Source: a virus. Taken from it: 64,000 nt of DNA. The DNA lies in IMG/VR virus record IMGVR_UViG_3300032236_001232, positions 99,948 to 163,947 of that record; one strand, given 5' to 3'. The notes under the pieces were generated by a model. It was not told the origin of the DNA. It ran no database searches and saw only the letters and a list, made by a program, of their open reading frames with translations. The position numbers were made by a program, and so were the translations under genes. Below, one piece after another: positions 61,718-64,000 of this stretch. Position 1 is the stretch's first letter; each line of letters starts with the position of its first letter.

Positions 61718-64000
61718 TTTTTCTGAATCTGATTATAACGAGCTACATCGGCCATATGACGTTTTTTCTCATCAGTTTTGTTTCTAAACTGTTTATATTT
61801 GACAGGATCTGCATTTACAAAATCATCACGCCATACTTCGGGGGTATCATTTACACTGAGTTTTTGTTCTAGTGCAGCAGATAGAGATTCCATGTAAGTA
61901 TCTTCGTTGGTAGGTAATAGTGATGGCCCAGGAATCCACGCATCCAATTTCTCATCATATATATGTGTTTTTGGGTGTGGTGAATTTCTTCCAGGAATAG
62001 CACCCTGTGGAAGAGTTTGTGCCGATTGTTGAGATTGTTGTTGCTGATACATAGCCTGTGTCTTGGCCTGTTGATCTGCTGCGAATTTTTTTGCCTCGTC
62101 GGGAGTCAATCTAGCCGGTGGTAATTCCATTTTAAATTCTGAGACCTTCTTAGGTAGTCCGGCATGTTTAGTTTTGGCAAAATCCTTTGCATCACTCTTA
62201 CTCATGCTTTTAGCAGTTTTCTTTAGTTCGGCACTGGCTCCTGGAATCTTCTTGCCTTTCTGCATAGCGTGAACCATACCGAAGAACTTTTGCTGTTGCT
62301 GACTAACTGCCTTTTCGCTTAGTTCGAGACTTTCTTGAGCATCACCGCCGACTAGGTCACCTGCTTTTGCTGGTCGTTTCATGCTGCCCTTAAGATGTGC
62401 TGCTGGGCCTAGTTTGTTTTTATCACTGCCTGCAAATGCACTCTTTGGTAGCATGGCTTCAACTGCATCCTCTTCTTTAAACCGTTCTTGGCTGGTAAAA
62501 ATATCGCCGAACTTATTGCCCAACATACTGACCAGTTTTGCTTTTTGTTTTTGATCTACAGTGATGCTATCACCTTTGATATTAAATCCTAAATTCATTC
62601 CACGTAGTTGTTGAGCAAATCTTGGATCTTTAAACCGATAGGTAGTCATTCCTGGCTGTTCTGCGGATTTGCCACCCATTTGTGTTTGTGGTTTTACACC
62701 AACTACTTTACGTGCTGCTCCGGTTTCGGGATCAATGCGTAGCATATTACCGCCGGTTGTTTCACCGTCATCTTCCTCATCATCCTCCGGTGCCTGATAT
62801 ATTTTCATACGACGATCATCACCATTTTCGATGTAATCTCGTAGGTGTTTAACATCTTCACCTTGATCGCTACGTAATGCGGAACTGTGAATAATAAATT
62901 CTGCTGCTTCGGCGCCCACAAAATCTACATCTCTAAAAATGGTTCTTAGTTGTTGGATAGTGGATCTAAAATCGTTAAACAAGAAATCGATCTTTAGTTT
63001 GGTTTTAGCACCTGATTTATCTCTCGTGCCACGCTTGCTGATCTTGTGCATAACATCCTGTGGGAATGATCCAAAGTCTCCAAATACGTGAGTAGCACCG
63101 GCGTTATCTGCTTTGACAATAATGAATAACTTACCACTTGGACGATCCAGTTCGGCTAGTTGGGATTCCGCCACACCATCTTGACCAAATGGAAACACTT
63201 GAATCCATTTGCTGCCCTGTTTTTGTATCCACTTATTAGGGTTGAATTTGCTACGAATGATATTTTGATCTCTAAGAACTTGTTCTACACTATCTCTCCA
63301 TCCTTGATTAAGAGATTCTCTTCTTCTGGCATGTAATATGGATCTTTTTCTAATGGTGCCGTCGCTGTCATCCCAACGATACATTACATCGCCTTCGTCC
63401 CATTCGTCATATCTTTCCTTCACATCTTTCGTAATAACCTTAGCGTTGCCAACCATTTGGTCTTTTGGTTCAATAGGGGGAGTTTTTCTATCCTGTTCTT
63501 GACGACGCTTTGCTGCCAAATCGGCCACTGAGCCTTTGCGTGGGGGTTTACCATAACTAAATGGACCTGCTTCCGCCATATCCTGCTCACCGTGACTGAC
63601 ACTACCATCTTTATTCAACTGTAGGTTGAGATCGTATTGTTTGTTGTCGTGGCGTATTCTCGCCAAACGCCCCTCTTTGAATCCTTTGGCAAAGTAATGT
63701 TTATACATGCCACCATGTCGTTTATGCCAGTGTCCAATTTCCATTGCTCGTTCTAATGTAGCAACCATTGCAAGACTTACACCTTTTGTAAAGCCTTCCT
63801 CATGTGCCATCTTGGCCATATCTGGGTCAAAACCATCGCCGTCATCACCACCGAACCCATCTGGTGCGAATTCATTCAAGCCTTCCGCCACACCTTGGTC
63901 TTTCAACTTGTCTTGAATTTTCTTATAGCGTTGGAAGTTAGCATCTTTATCTGCATCAGTTTTGCCAAACTTTCCAGCATCCATCTTTTTATCAATCTCA
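61714..64000 (-). CDS. Large modular putative internal head protein, 5' end outside window
   Basis: Frame stays open beyond ATG 63984 to the window edge (EIDKKM); modules separated by GVAE/DMAE/LNE/LSE motifs. Confidence 0.6.
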   Translation of the reverse strand, partial: EIDKKMDAGKFGKTDADKDANFQRYKKIQDKLKDQGVAEGLNEFAPDGFGGDDGDGFDPDMAKMAHEEGFTKGVSLAMVATLERAMEIGHWHKRHGGMYKHYFAKGFKEGRLARIRHDNKQYDLNLQLNKDGSVSHGEQDMAEAGPFSYGKPPRKGSVADLAAKRRQEQDRKTPPIEPKDQMVGNAKVITKDVKERYDEWDEGDVMYRWDDSDGTIRKRSILHARRRESLNQGWRDSVEQVLRDQNIIRSKFNPNKWIQKQGSKWIQVFPFGQDGVAESQLAELDRPSGKLFIIVKADNAGATHVFGDFGSFPQDVMHKISKRGTRDKSGAKTKLKIDFLFNDFRSTIQQLRTIFRDVDFVGAEAAEFIIHSSALRSDQGEDVKHLRDYIENGDDRRMKIYQAPEDDEEDDGETTGGNMLRIDPETGAARKVVGVKPQTQMGGKSAEQPGMTTYRFKDPRFAQQLRGMNLGFNIKGDSITVDQKQKAKLVSMLGNKFGDIFTSQERFKEEDAVEAMLPKSAFAGSDKNKLGPAAHLKGSMKRPAKAGDLVGGDAQESLELSEKAVSQQQQKFFGMVHAMQKGKKIPGASAELKKTAKSMSKSDAKDFAKTKHAGLPKKVSEFKMELPPARLTPDEAKKFAADQQAKTQAMYQQQQSQQSAQTLPQGAIPGRNSPHPKTHIYDEKLDAWIPGPSLLPTNEDTYMESLSAALEQKLSVNDTPEVWRDDFVNADPVKYKQFRNKTDEKKRHMADVARYNQIQKK

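Noticed and set aside
1-64000. Stop-codon reassignment as in some jumbo phages
   Set aside because: Conserved genes are full length in the standard code, and TAA, TAG and TGA all end genes at expected positions.

Overview
Gene-dense, AT-rich 64-kb segment of a large T4-superfamily myophage (jumbo-phage-like architecture, standard genetic code). Minus strand 1-6108 carries head genes (scaffold, gp21 protease, acidic core protein, gp20 portal) and a tape-measure-like gene. Next come a divergent gp26-like gene with an apparent -1 frameshift into a gp51-like ORF, a ~450-nt highly structured non-coding region directly after a minimal GIY-YIG gene, Hc1-like proteins, gp46/gp47, a Seg-type homing endonuclease and the late sigma factor gp55. 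Plus strand 13293-40009 is a baseplate/tail module: gp53, hub, gp5, gp25, gp6, a 4189-aa wedge, a collagen-like protein and three paralogous fibre proteins. Minus strand 40006-64000 holds thyA, a MoxR AAA+/VWA pair, RNase H-like exonuclease, a 7-deazaguanine DNA-modification cluster (queE, QueD/DpdL-like, TGT/DpdA-like, glycosyltransferase, MazG-like), a secreted subtilase, sliding clamp, family-B DNA polymerase, a deaminase and a putative protease-processed internal head polyprotein. The best candidates for novelty are the GIY-YIG plus structured-RNA locus, the gp26/gp51 frameshift and the deazaguanine plus glycosyltransferase cluster. All product calls come from motif recognition by eye; no searches were run.
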